A model generated the notes under the pieces. That model saw only the letters and a list, made by a program, of their open reading frames with translations. It searched no databases and was not told the DNA's origin. Source: Adineta vaga (taxonomy: Eukaryota > Animalia > Rotifera). From it: a DNA stretch of 64,000 nucleotides. Where the stretch lies: positions 2,480,001-2,544,000 of the forward strand of contig CP075496.1 in the NCBI GenBank assembly GCA_021613535.1. The letters run 5' to 3'. Shown here in pieces: positions 25,391 through 40,575 of the stretch. The number at the start of each line of letters is the position of its first letter. The stretch's first letter is position 1. Position numbers and translations under genes: made by a program.

Positions 25391-27325
25391 TTGAATTTAT
25401 TGTTATCGTTGTTTTTTTTTCTTCGTCGCGTTTTTTTTCTTAATTCATTATTATGTTCGTCTTCTTGTAGACAACCTTCGAAGAGCAAAAGAACAAGAAA
25501 AAATCCAGTAGAAATAAGTAAGCTTCTCTCTCTCTCTCTTTCTTTCTCGTCGTTTTCTTCTCTTACTGTTCGACTATTAAGGAAGCGCAAAATCCATTTC
25601 CTCCAAAATAAACTAAAGGAAAAACGTTCTAAAGAAGAAGAGGATGATGATGATGATGATTGATCTTCATTATACTTAAACAAGCAATCAATGTCGAAGG
25701 AGTCTACTCAATATTAACAAGAAAAACAATTTCGAAATCGTTTTGGACTATTAACAAGAAGAAATAAAGAGAGAAAAAACAATATTGACACGTTTATGCA
25801 ATAGAGAAAACCAGAATGTCATAGGTAAACGAAAAAGAAAGCAAGAGGTAATATGTATGTATATATATATATATTTATATAAAGACGCGTGAAGAAGAAG
25901 AAAAAAAGAGAATAGAACGACAGATGTGAGCATGCAACGAAGAAATATAAGCATCACAACAACACCATTCGAGTTCTTGTTACTTACATATATCCATAAT
26001 TATCATTCGATAGGCTCATTAGCACTCAGTAAAGTAGGACAAGAAAAACTATGTAAAAAGCACAAGAAACGAGAGGGAGAAAGTTTCAATGTACTGACAA
26101 GTCTATTAGGCATGAATAGATAAGAAATATGCATTATCAATATTGTCAAACAAGACAGACGAAAACATTCATAGATAGATAAATATCAAAAAATATAATA
26201 ACCTATTGATATTCTTCTTGTTTGAATCATTTTCATATAGAATATTCGTTGATGATAGATTCTTTTTATTAATCTAAAGAATAATTTTGTTGTTCATAAT
26301 CAACAGATTGTTCTTTTCCCTCTTACATATGTTCTCGATCATAGGGTTGACTAGGAAACAAAAAGATCGATATGGATCATTGACAAACTTCGAATGATGA
26401 AGGATTTTGTTAAGAAAAATAATAACAGCTCGAAGTCATCTTTTACGATTGACATGTTATTATGTTTAGTTTTTTATCAATTTCTCTTCAAGTTCTATTA
26501 CATAACTAATTAAAATAACAGCAAAACACTTGAAAATATGGCTTCCCTATTGTTCTTTCCTGATTATTGAAGAGTAAAACCGTTATTTTTCCTTTCATTT
26601 ACACACACACATACACAAGGCTGTCATTTATTTAGGGATTAAGTAAATTTTATAAGATTTCTTTTTGTCGACCGTCTGCATAGATTCTCACCACTACTAC
26701 TCACTTGAGAAATGTTGTATTTTAATACTTACTGCTTTTTTGTCTGTGAAATACTATCACAACTAACGGCAACTAACGAACAATAATAAAAGCGACAAGA
26801 ATAAGAATAAGAACGGATGAGGAGAGCACAAATGAGTAAGAGAGAGAGAGAGAGTAATGTTCGGCAGCTATACTTGATTCCGTGTACTATTGTGCACTCT
26901 CCTACTACTTTTCTCTCATTTTCTTTTTCTTTTTGTTCTCATCGACATTATTTCAGTTTTTTCCTTCGTCTTCTTCTTCTTCTTATGTGTCGTCTAACAC
27001 ATTGATCTTATTCGTTATAAAACTTTTACCTGTCTATATTATAATTAACACTTCATATTGAGAACTGTCAAAAACAGCGGAGTATTTCCGTTTTTCACTA
27101 TGAAAATTTAAAATATATATGATTTCCCTTTTTTTTCTTTGAAAAAAAAAACGAAGAAGAGGATGGGTACTTCTATCATTTCTTTTCTGCTTAGGTTTTG
27201 ATAAAGAAATTCTTTGAAAGAAAAAAAAACGAGAGTTTATCATTTTCCCTTTTTATTCCAATGGAAGGAAGAGGAAACTGAGAATAAGAAGAAGATCTAA
27301 AAAAAACATTGAAATAAAAGATTTC

Positions 27326-27931
27326 CTATTGTGTTTTTTGATATTGATGAAATATGAGAAAAAGTATAATCATAATGAGACTTAAGATAATATGAAAAAG
27401 AAAGAGAAGTACATAAGATGAATAATAAATAACTCGATGACAATAATCTGATGTTTGATTAATTAATTGAATTGTCGAAGAGATTTTTATCAAAATAATC
27501 GTTAAACTAATTGAACCAACTAAACATATCAATAGAAAAATCACTTCAAAAATAGCTAATATAATTGTTATTCTTTGAGACAAATGAAATGTGAGTTTCG
27601 AAGTTAATTTTATTGCACGTTTCCATATGATAAATATACTAATTAACATAATAGCTGCTATTAATGATGTAATACCACAAATAATCATATATAATGGTAA
27701 AAAGAATGATTTTAAACATGAATGGAAAAAGATTCCACCTATAATAATCATATAAATTGGAATAGTAATCATAATAAAAGTTGCAAGAATAAGAATTCGT
27801 CGATTATAACATTGAATAAACAAATGAATAATTTGATCGATAAGTATTTCAGCTGGATTCGGTAAAAGTTCTTTGAAATTTTCGACTAATGATTTTTGAT
27901 GATCGGATGAATCAGTTTTCGTTTCATTCAT
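27326..27931 (-). CDS. Four-TM membrane protein, TMEM272-like
   Basis: Intronless 201-aa ORF with four hydrophobic segments, C-x5-LPLYMIICG and DYCHRVIY motifs. Confidence 0.6.
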   Translation of the reverse strand: MNETKTDSSDHQKSLVENFKELLPNPAEILIDQIIHLFIQCYNRRILILATFIMITIPIYMIIIGGIFFHSCLKSFFLPLYMIICGITSLIAAIMLISIFIIWKRAIKLTSKLTFHLSQRITIILAIFEVIFLLICLVGSISLTIILIKISSTIQLINQTSDYCHRVIYYSSYVLLFLFHIILSLIMIILFLIFHQYQKTQ

Positions 27932-28502
27932 TTTCTTTGTTTTGTACAGATAAAATTGAAATAATTAGAAAGAAAATCAGTTACTTAGGAAACAAATTAT
28001 GAGATCATTTCGATAGATTCTCAAGTAAAAGAGAAAATTTTTTGTCAATCAGAATTTACGTAAAGAAGATTATCTTTAAACATCAGTCATTTTGGAATTT
28101 CTATCTTATCAAATCAACTCGCTTTTCGTTTGCCTTATGAATATTAATCATTCAATCTCATTTTTCATATCGAATTTTCTTGAAAGAAAACACCAAAAGA
28201 CTTTGTTTAATCAAAATGTCGACTATCCATCAATATATATATTTATATTCTCTGGTTGTCGAATGTATTTCTAAAAAAAAACTTATACAAATATGTTTAA
28301 GAATAAAAAGAAACGTCAAATAAACGTATTGATGTATACACAAAAACAGTAAGGATGTGTGATCAGTGTTGAATTTTATGTGCAAATAGATATAGATTTG
28401 AAGGCAAAATAAATGAGCGATTGAATTCAGTTTCGTTGTATACACATATATAAATGTCGAAATATGTATATATCTGAATAGAAAATAGAATTAAAATATC
28501 AT

Positions 28503-30193
28503 TCATGGTTTATCAAGTTGAACCATTAGTAAACGAAAACTGATCGATGAAGATGATAACATTCGATTACATTCTTGAGAACTAATGGGTAATTTTAAAT
28601 ATTCGGTTTCGGTATTATTTGGATTGAATTCAAAATGATAAATAATTGGTTGAATTTGTGATGTTGATGCATCACCATGTGGACCTTTGAGAAGAAAAAA
28701 TTTCAAATCAATTGTTTGACTAATTTTGGATTTTAAAACTAATTGATAACTTAATGATCGTGTCACAGTTGTATGTGGATGTGGATTGTTATCATTAATA
28801 CGAGCACGTACTTGCCATTGATATTGCAAAGCAGTAAAACGAGATGTTTCAAAATAAAGTTTAGCAACAAAATCATCCGTTCGAAATGGCTTTAAGATTA
28901 GATCTAGAGAGATAGAGAGAGAGAGAGAAGTGAAATGAATGAATTCTACTTTCTTAAGAACGAATAGTAGATACTCGAAATTTGTTATTTCTACAAAATT
29001 AGAATGTCTAGATAGCACTAAGTTGTAGATATACGAACCTCAAATCCTGAATAGTTTATTTATGTACCTAGGAATATTTCTGATAGTTAGAATGAAAATA
29101 GATGGAAAGTTATATGAGTCATGTATTGATGTTTCCAATGATTAGTAGAACTAAGAATTGTTCATTAACAAAAGAAATGAATAGAAGATACTAGATTATT
29201 AATAGAAAAGAATTATACACATGAAATGCAATTCTTTCTAATTCATTCTTAAATGATTTGCTCATGGACATGGAAAGGATTCTGCATGAAAAGATTACTT
29301 TTGATAAAAATACACTTACCACTAACTCCAATTTGGTTCAGTGATAATAAATCCACAACCGTTTCTAAACATTTCTTTTCTTCATCATAGGCATGTTTTT
29401 GTGCTTGAATTGTTTCAATTAATTCCAATCCAGTTTTTGATGGATATTCACATGCAATTATATGCGACGATAAGGTATGAAATGGTCCATTCCAATTACA
29501 ACCAAGTAATGAATAATCACATACTGTTGGTCTAAAAACACGAATTAATGAAATATTTTTGATTAATGTAGAGAATGATGATGACGACGACGAACCGTTC
29601 AGGACAAGTTTGTATTCGATGAGTTTTGATTTCTGATCGTAGAAATGTTTGTAAACAATAATCACATTGAATCGGTAATTCTGATATTGTTTTTTCAACC
29701 GCTAGATTTCGTGTACAATTAGATTTCGAAATTTCACAACGACAATTTGGACTATAAAGATGATTTCATTTTTGAAATACAAAAACAATGGGAAGACATA
29801 CCACGTTGTTTGTTCGTCTTTCAATTTACAATCAGCTAATAGATGATTAAAACAGGAAGCACACATGAGATGGCCATTGACACACTGAAATGAAATAGAT
29901 TTTGAAAATGAAGTTTTTCATTTGAATAATACTTGATATATCGGTAATGTTGTCAGATCCAAACAGATACAGCATGATAAAATCGAACCAATACGATCTT
30001 CAAGTAGACGAGGTTTTTCATTTGTTGTTACTTTACATTTTTTTGCCGGTGGTTCATTAACATCAATTGAATCTAATATTGAATTTGTCGTTGCAATCAT
30101 TGTTTCATGAATATCAGATGATTGATTAATCAATTCGACTGATGAATTCGATTGCAGATCAGTTGATATTCCTGTCATCGTGACTTCAGTCAT
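28503..30193 (-). CDS. CYHR1: Cysteine and histidine-rich protein 1 (ZFTRAF1), RING plus TRAF-type zinc fingers, 5 exons
   Basis: [83 protein letters not shown]. Confidence 0.92.
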
Positions 30194-30568
30194 GATATTG
30201 TCTTTAGAAAGAAATTTGATCTATCGAGTTTTTTCAAAGTGAAAGTCCACGTGACGATGTTCAGTCAGCTGACGTCATATCGTCGATGTTAGTCATAATT
30301 TCATTGGTTCTTTTTTGCCAATTACTATATAAAATTAATCTCATTCTAAAATTTTTTAAGAAAAAATAAAATAAAATAAAATATATATATGTAACTTTTT
30401 AATAGTTGAAGAGAATAGTTGATTGGAAAGGTCGATTGTTATTGGTCGAAATTTTTCACCGATGAGAGTAGCGCTACGAAAGAAGAAGAAACAATGTGTA
30501 AGTAACGAGAAGAGAAGAATCGATTCATCAATTGGCAAATTAAAGAGTTCAGCAATTGAAAAAACAAC
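30194..30568. promoter_or_regulatory. Candidate bidirectional promoter between CYHR1 and CHERP, with E-box and CRE
   Basis: 375 nt between divergent start codons; CACGTG at 30248-30253 and TGACGTCA at 30270-30277. Confidence 0.5.
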
Positions 30569-33500
30569 ATGTCAATTTCACAACCTCCTGATGGTATTTA
30601 TTTTAATTTTTGTATCAATCATTTGTGTACATATGAAGTCTTGTTTAGATCCAGAAATAAGAAATATTATTGAGAAACTTGCAAGTTTTGTTGCTCGTAT
30701 GTGTAAATTACATGGATCAGTATAATCATTTACTTGTTTTTTTTTCAATCTTTAATCTTAGGTAATGGACCTGAATTTGAAGCAGCAGCAAGACAAAAAC
30801 ATGAAAATAATCCAAAATTTTCTTTTCTTCATGGTGGAGATTATCAACATTATTATGCATTTCGTGTTCAAGCAGAAAAAGCTAGTAATGATTTCTTAAC
30901 TTTATTCTTCATATTTTACTTATTTATTTCTATACCAGTGCTTCAACAACCACCCAATCCATTTCAATTACCGCCACCAAATATGCTTGCTCCACCACCT
31001 TCGATAGCTCATCATCCACCTCGACCAACATTACCACCCTTTTCTGGTCCACCTCCACCTCCTGGTACAGGTGGTCCACCACTTCCTCTTCCTTGGACAG
31101 TATGTTCTATCTTTACTTTATTTTTAAATCAATTATATTCTTTACAATTCATCTAGCAACCACCTCCATCGCATTTATTTCCAACTGGAGGTCCTCCACC
31201 ACCTATGCCAATGCCTCCAATACCACCACCAGCTGTCGTTATTGAACAAGCATTTCAACAACAAATTCAAGCTGCACAAGAACGTTTAAGACAAAGTGAA
31301 GTTAATCTTGCTGCACAACATGAATCAATGCAAATCACTAAAAAGTATTATTTCTTGTTTGCCACAACTTTTCCATAGAATTTTTTATTTTTCTCTGTTC
31401 GTTAGACAAAAGTTCAAGAAAATATTCAAGCTGCTCGACAAGCACGTATTTCTGCTCAAGCAGCTGAATCAAATATTGATATGAATGAAGTTGATCGAAC
31501 AACATCAGCAATTATTGAAACTTGTACAAAAGATAATATTACTGTAGGGACATTTCTCAATCATAAAAAATAAACTTTTTTAATATTCTATGAAAATATT
31601 GTTTTTAGAATGGACGAAATTGTATATTAAATTATAGTCAAACAACTATGCAAGCAGAAACAATTTGTTTATATTTAATCGATCGAATATATGCGCCAGA
31701 AGCAACATGTGATACTCGTCTTCATATAATTTATCTTGTCAATGATATACTTCATAATTGGTAAGATTGAAAACTTGAATGAAGTTGATTTTATTTATAT
31801 TTTGATTTTTGTTTTCTAGTATTCGAAAAGGTAACGATGAACTTCGTGTACAATTAAGTAGAATTATTGTTCCGATTTATTGTTTGGCTATTGATCAATC
31901 CAATGATGAACGTCGACAAAAATTGGTCAAGGTAGAGATATTAGTATAGATGGATAAAACATTTTCATGAGATTTATTATAAAATCTTTCTCCACATCCT
32001 TTCTCATACAGTTACTCGATCTTTGGGAAAAAAACAAATATTTCAACGATGATATTATGGAGGTAAAGAACAATAAAATGAATGAATTTTTTTTCAAATA
32101 ATAATCATAAACGATTATTTTCTTTTAGAAACTTCGGGATACTCACCAAGCAAAAAAACATTATGAAGTAAAATAATCGAATTCATTGTATTCTTTTATT
32201 TTCAAGTTTTTTCTTTTTTCTAATGAAAGGATGCAATTCGATTTGAATATGCTCCAATTATTGAACCCATTGAAGCTGGTCTCGATGAAAAATATGCTCA
32301 ACTTGCCCGACAACATGCAGAATTTGCTGTTCATATCCAATCACAAATTAATCAAATTCAACAACAAATTATTCAATTTCATCAAGTTCAACAACAAACA
32401 CCACCGCCACCACCACCTCCTCCACCTCATCTATTAAACAATGCTTTCGGTATGAGAAATCAATTTAATATTCCAATGAATCAAATTGTCTTGTTTTAAA
32501 GGTCCACCACTTCCACCCAATATGTTAACTCGAATGCCACCACCAACACAATCGACCAATCCAAATCAACAACCACCACCATTAATGTCACTAAATCCAT
32601 TTAATGAAAATAATCGAGATAATTCGAGTAAGTAGTCAACTCTAAAAAGAAGATCTTCTGTCACTTATTACCAAAGAACACTTACGAAAAATATAGAAAT
32701 AATCTATGAATTTCTTTTCAAGGTCATCGACCATCTTCAAACATGTACGATAATGCACCTCCTTCATTAATGAATATGTCTATGTCTCATTATGATAATA
32801 ATAATCAACATGATGATTATGGTAGTAGTATGAATACAAATATAGAACAACCATTTGATTTATATATGGTTACCAATGATATTCCATACTATGATCTACC
32901 CGCTGGTCTCATGTGTTTATTAGTTAAAGTAATAATTCGATATCATTGAAATTAGTTGTATTTACGTGTGACATGTTATTTTTAGGATGAAGATTGTGAT
33001 TATAAGTCAATGGATGCAAGAGATTTACGATTACCACCATCGACACTCATTACAGAACGATTAATAAATGCAGTAGAAAATTTTTATATGCCACCAACAC
33101 ATGAAACACCAAGGAATGCGTATGTGTATTTAGATATTATGAATTCAAAAGGAAGAAGAATCTACCTCTGTTTTCTTTTTTTTTCATTCTAGTGATGGAT
33201 GGGAACGCTTAGGATTATTCGAATATTATAAAATAAAGAATACACATAAGTTTTCCAAAGAACGTCTCGAAAGTTCTACAAAACATTCAGATAATAGAGA
33301 TAAACAACATCAATCTGAGCGAAATCGATCCAAAAGTTCATCAAGATCACGATCATCATCCTCCTCATCGTCATCTTCTTCATCTTCATCATCTTCATCG
33401 TCATCACCATCTTCCGCATCATCTTCATCATCCAAAGATAATTCACATAATAATAATAATAATACCAATAATCAGAAAAAACGATACAGGTTCATAACTT

Positions 33501-34165
33501 CTTTCTCTTGCTGTTCATAACATAAGTTCTTCTATTCATTCTTTGATTAGATCTCGATCCCAAACACCTCCACATCATAAACAACAATCAACAAAAAATC
33601 ATCCGCTAACAAGATCACGATCGCGCAGTGTATCTCCTCCTACATTTGGTTCAACATATGTACCTCATAGGTATTTAAAAAAGTTATCGAAATCTTTGAC
33701 AAAACAGAATGAGACTCTAATTAAAAAGTTAACATGTTTATTATTGCTTACTTATAGTTCATCAAGTGACAAACATCATCAACAAAAACTATCTGATTCG
33801 AATCTTGGTCATAAACTTCTTCAAAAAATGGGTATGATCATTAATGTATTATTGCTATTCTTTTTTCTAACTTCCAATAAACGATTTCAGGTTGGCAAGA
33901 AGGTGTGGGTCTTGGTCGACGTGAACAAGGTATTGTTGAACCTATTCAAGCCAGTGCAAGTGTAAATAATGAAGGAAAAGCTGATCAATACAAAGGCATT
34001 GGTCATGAAGATGATCCATTTGAACAATTTCGTAAACAAAAAGCGAAAGGTTATGTTTCACGTTTAATTGCTGCTCAAGCAGAAACAGTTGCTCGACGTC
34101 ATGAAACAACCGATGAAGATCCATTATTAACATCCGATCGTATCGATGAAAAGACTAAAAAATAA
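30569..34165 (+). CDS. CHERP: Calcium homeostasis ER protein (SURP, CID, RS-rich, G-patch splicing factor), many exons
   Basis: PPDDPEIRNIIEKLASFVARNGPEFE (SURP), RLHIIYLVNDILH (CID), [51 protein letters not shown] (G-patch), DDPFEQFRKQK. Confidence 0.93.
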
Positions 34166-34306
34166 AAATAAAATTCTTATTTTTCTCTTATATTTCGCTT
34201 GATGTGATTTGTTTATAAATCATTCTGTTTCCTTGATCTTGTCATACACAAATTCAATGTTTCCTTTTTCTTTTAGATCAGTAAAGAAAAGAATTCATTT
34301 TCTATC

Positions 34307-35245
34307 ATGGTTAAATTACAACGTGTTAATCGACCCAAGACTCAACGTGGTAAACGTGCATTAAAAGAACGTGAACCAAAATTGATCGAAAATCCTCGTT
34401 CATTATTATGTATTCGAGGCAATAAAACCAATAATACGATGAAAATTCTCTTGAGAAATCTTCATCTTCTCAAATCACCACATTCAATAATGTATCAAAG
34501 AAAAAATTTAGACATCTATCCATTTGATAATACAAGTAAATTAGAATGGTACTGTCAAAAATCCGATTGTTCATTATTTGCTTATGTGATCCATAGTAAA
34601 AAGCGACCAAACAATCTTGTTCTCGCACGTTTACATAATTATCTTGTTTTGGATATGTTTGAATTTGAATTAAATCAACAAACATTTCGTTCATTCGATG
34701 ATTTTAAATGTGTTAAATTTGCTGCAGGAAATAAACCATGTTTAATCTTTCATGGGGAATTATTTGATAATGAAGCAGATTACAAACGTTTAAAATGTTT
34801 CTTTACGGATTTCTTTCGTGGTGAAACACATATGAAAGAAATTGATCTTAATGGAATTGAACATGTGATTACATTTACCATTGATAGTCAAACCAAAGTT
34901 CTGTCAATACGTGTTTATCGTATTGAATTGAAAAAATCAGGTCATCGAGTTCCACGAATTGAATTAAATGAAATTGGACCACATATTGATTTAACAGTTC
35001 GTCGAACAAAATTAGCATCGGATGATTTCTACAAGAAAACATTGAAACAACCAGCTGCAATTAAACAGAAGAAAGTGAAAAATGTGTCAACAGATGAATT
35101 GGGTACGAAAATGGGTCGTATTCATATGGAAAAACAAGATTTCAATCAATTACAAACAAGAAAAATGAAAGGATTGAAACGTCATGCAACAAAGGACAAT
35201 AATGAACAATCGTCTGAAAAACGAAAAAAAATTGATTCAAATTAA
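34307..35245 (+). CDS. RPF2: Ribosome production factor 2 (Brix domain), intronless
   Basis: KRALKEREPKLIEN, KSDCSLF..HSKKRPNNLVLAR, KKSGHRVPRIELNEIGP, GRIHMEKQD..LQTRKMKGLKR. Confidence 0.96.
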   Translation: MVKLQRVNRPKTQRGKRALKEREPKLIENPRSLLCIRGNKTNNTMKILLRNLHLLKSPHSIMYQRKNLDIYPFDNTSKLEWYCQKSDCSLFAYVIHSKKRPNNLVLARLHNYLVLDMFEFELNQQTFRSFDDFKCVKFAAGNKPCLIFHGELFDNEADYKRLKCFFTDFFRGETHMKEIDLNGIEHVITFTIDSQTKVLSIRVYRIELKKSGHRVPRIELNEIGPHIDLTVRRTKLASDDFYKKTLKQPAAIKQKKVKNVSTDELGTKMGRIHMEKQDFNQLQTRKMKGLKRHATKDNNEQSSEKRKKIDSN

Positions 35246-35336
35246 ATAAATAAAAAAGAAGAAAATGTTTTTTTTGATATCATTGTTTTGTTTCGAGAAT
35301 AAATCATTAATTTTGATTTATTTTTCTTGATTTTAG

Positions 35337-35918
<582 letters not shown>

Positions 35919-36076
35919 TATCGAAGTGAAATTTTAATGATTCTCTCCGTTCGTTTCTCTTTTTCTGGAATTTATTCATTGATTTTTTCAAATGAAATAA
36001 ATAACCATGAAAGAATCATATCTTATATTCATTTTTTATTAAATTAAATAAAAAAACTTCTTTCCCTACCGAATAG

Positions 36077-36967
36077 ATGAATCCATCATCTTCTCAAACA
36101 ACAATTTCTTCGACATTACCAAAATCTGAATCTGATGCTTATCAACTCGAACAAGAACATGTTCATAAAGTATACAATGAAATTGCAAATAGATTCAGTG
36201 ATTCACGTTATAAACCATGGCCACATGTTGCAGAATTTTTACAGACATTTGCCAGTGCTTCATATGTTCTTGATATTGGATGTGGAAATGGAAAATATAT
36301 GAATGTTAGAAATGATTTAACTATGGTAGAAAATGAAGACCTTTCTTGTTCTATTTGATTTCTTAAAATAGTAGATTGGTTGTGATCGAAGTGAAGGTCT
36401 TTTAAAAATCTGTCGTGATCGTCAATATCAAGTCTTTCTTTCCGATTGTATGACTATTCCTATAGTTAGCAATACATTCGATGGAGCGATATGTATTGCC
36501 GTTATTCATCATATGAGTACTGAAGTAAGAAGTAAATGTATAGAAAATCGATTTGAGAAAAAGAAAATCTTCTTTAGAATCGACGATTAAAAGCTTTACA
36601 AGAAATTGTTCGAATATTGAAAATCAACGGTCAAGCATTAGTTACTGTTTGGGCAAAAGAACAAGCAATTAATGAGAAGAAAAGTACATATGTTAGTAAA
36701 ACTATGAAATCATCTTCATTAACAGAAAATGAATCTTCAGCAACTTCTACGGATGATCAATTAATAATTCATACACCTCGAACAGAATTTCAACGATCTG
36801 ATTGTCTCGTACCATGGATAAAACCCAATGAAACACATCTAAGATATTATCATGTTTTTGTTCAGAATGAATTGGATAATTTATTAAAACAAATTCCAAA
36901 TATTGAAGTTATAAAGTCATTTAATGATGATGGAAATTGGTGTGCGATATTTCGCAAAATTGCTTAG
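36077..36967 (+). CDS. tRNA wobble-uridine methyltransferase, Trm9/ALKBH8 methyltransferase-domain-only (TRMT9B-like), 3 exons
   Basis: LEQEHVHKVYNEIANRFSDSRYKPWPHV, LDIGCGNGKY, IGCDRS, ICIAVIHH, VTVWAKEQ, DCLVPW, RYYHVF, GNWC; no RRM or AlkB domain. Confidence 0.9.
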
Positions 36968-37042
36968 ATATGAAAATTGAATAAAAGTATTTTTCTACTC
37001 ATTTAAACAAGAAATATATTTTTGAAACATAAAATTTCTTTA

Positions 37043-37381
37043 TCAAAGTATAAAATAAATAAGCAGAGCAAAAACACAAATAACCAATACTCGAAAGATA
37101 TTTATTATTAACAATAATCTTTCTTGTTTTATACGATTCTTGTCATATCGTGCAGTAAGAAGACTATCTTCTTCATGATCATTATCTGCTTGTGTACAAA
37201 TATTTTCTGCTGTTTTGATGGGAGGATTTCCTGAAGTTATCGTTCGATGACGTTGCGGCATCGATGTTGCTGCTGATGAATACGATGATTCGCGAGTTTC
37301 GGCATTTTGACTCGTATTAATCGTCAATTCAGCTGCAGAAAATGATGCCATAGGAGTTTCAAATGAAAAAGATGAAGACAT
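37043..37381 (-). CDS. Small uncharacterised tail-anchored membrane protein
   Basis: 112-aa ORF with a polar S/T-rich body and a single C-terminal hydrophobic segment; convergent with the Trm9-like gene. Confidence 0.55.
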   Translation of the reverse strand: MSSSFSFETPMASFSAAELTINTSQNAETRESSYSSAATSMPQRHRTITSGNPPIKTAENICTQADNDHEEDSLLTARYDKNRIKQERLLLIINIFRVLVICVFALLIYFIL

Positions 37382-38391
37382 TGCTGATATTTAATGTTAG
37401 ATAACAAAAAAAGAAAGACGAAAGATAATATTATAACATTGCATATGAATCAGAGTTTTTTACTTTTCGTTAAAGATAGATTAAACTTAGTTACATGAAT
37501 TCTTTCGTGCAGATATAATTTTCTTTTCGAATGATACAATATATTTATCGTTCATTAACGCCATTGAATACAGTTAAGTTAATATTCTCATTGATCTCTA
37601 TTCAATCCAACTTCCATAGTAAATACGTATAACCTATGTTCTATATAAAGCAATTCTATTGATATATTTAATTTCATTTGCAAACTTTCATCTCAATGTC
37701 AATAAGACTTGTTACATATATTCAATAATTTATTAAAGAATGTGCGTGTTATGAACAGAAGAAAGAAAAGCAATCTGAATCTTGATATAATCCATCATTT
37801 GAATATTAAAAAAAAACTCATCTCGTATTTTTGACATTTTTCATCGAATTAATTAGATGTATCACTTTCGAAATAACTTCTAATTTTAAATTCATCCTTC
37901 TTTTTTTGTAACGTATCATGTCATGTCTATCAGTTCGAGTTTTATTATAGAAAAAGAAAACAAAAACATAGTCATCATCAAAGAGAACTCTTATACAAAT
38001 AACTAAACATGGCCAATTGACTGGCAAGCAGAAAATGAAAACAAGAAGGCATAGATGCGTGAGTATGAAGAAGAAGAAGAAGAAGAGGAAAAGAAAATCA
38101 TGATAGATGATGAGAATAGAAGAGACAAGACATTTCGGAACCGGGAGAGCACTGTTCGTTCATGAAAACGGAATGTAAAAAGCAAAAGAAGAAAAAAAAA
38201 TCATGTACATCATATGAATGAATATAAGTAATAAAAATCATCACTGGTTTCTTGGTTTTTCGAGTAACATATGAAAGAAAATATAGAACAAAACAAAAAA
38301 ATAGAATGACTTGTTTGCTGTTGCTGTTGTTGGTTTTTCTCTTCTTCGCTAATAACAAAATCAATATCCACACCAGAAAGAAAAGACTAAA

Positions 38392-40575
<2,184 letters not shown>

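Noticed and set aside
25387-27243. ORFs upstream of the Rho gene
   Set aside because: They correspond to GA/CT repeats in a probable 5' UTR and promoter region.
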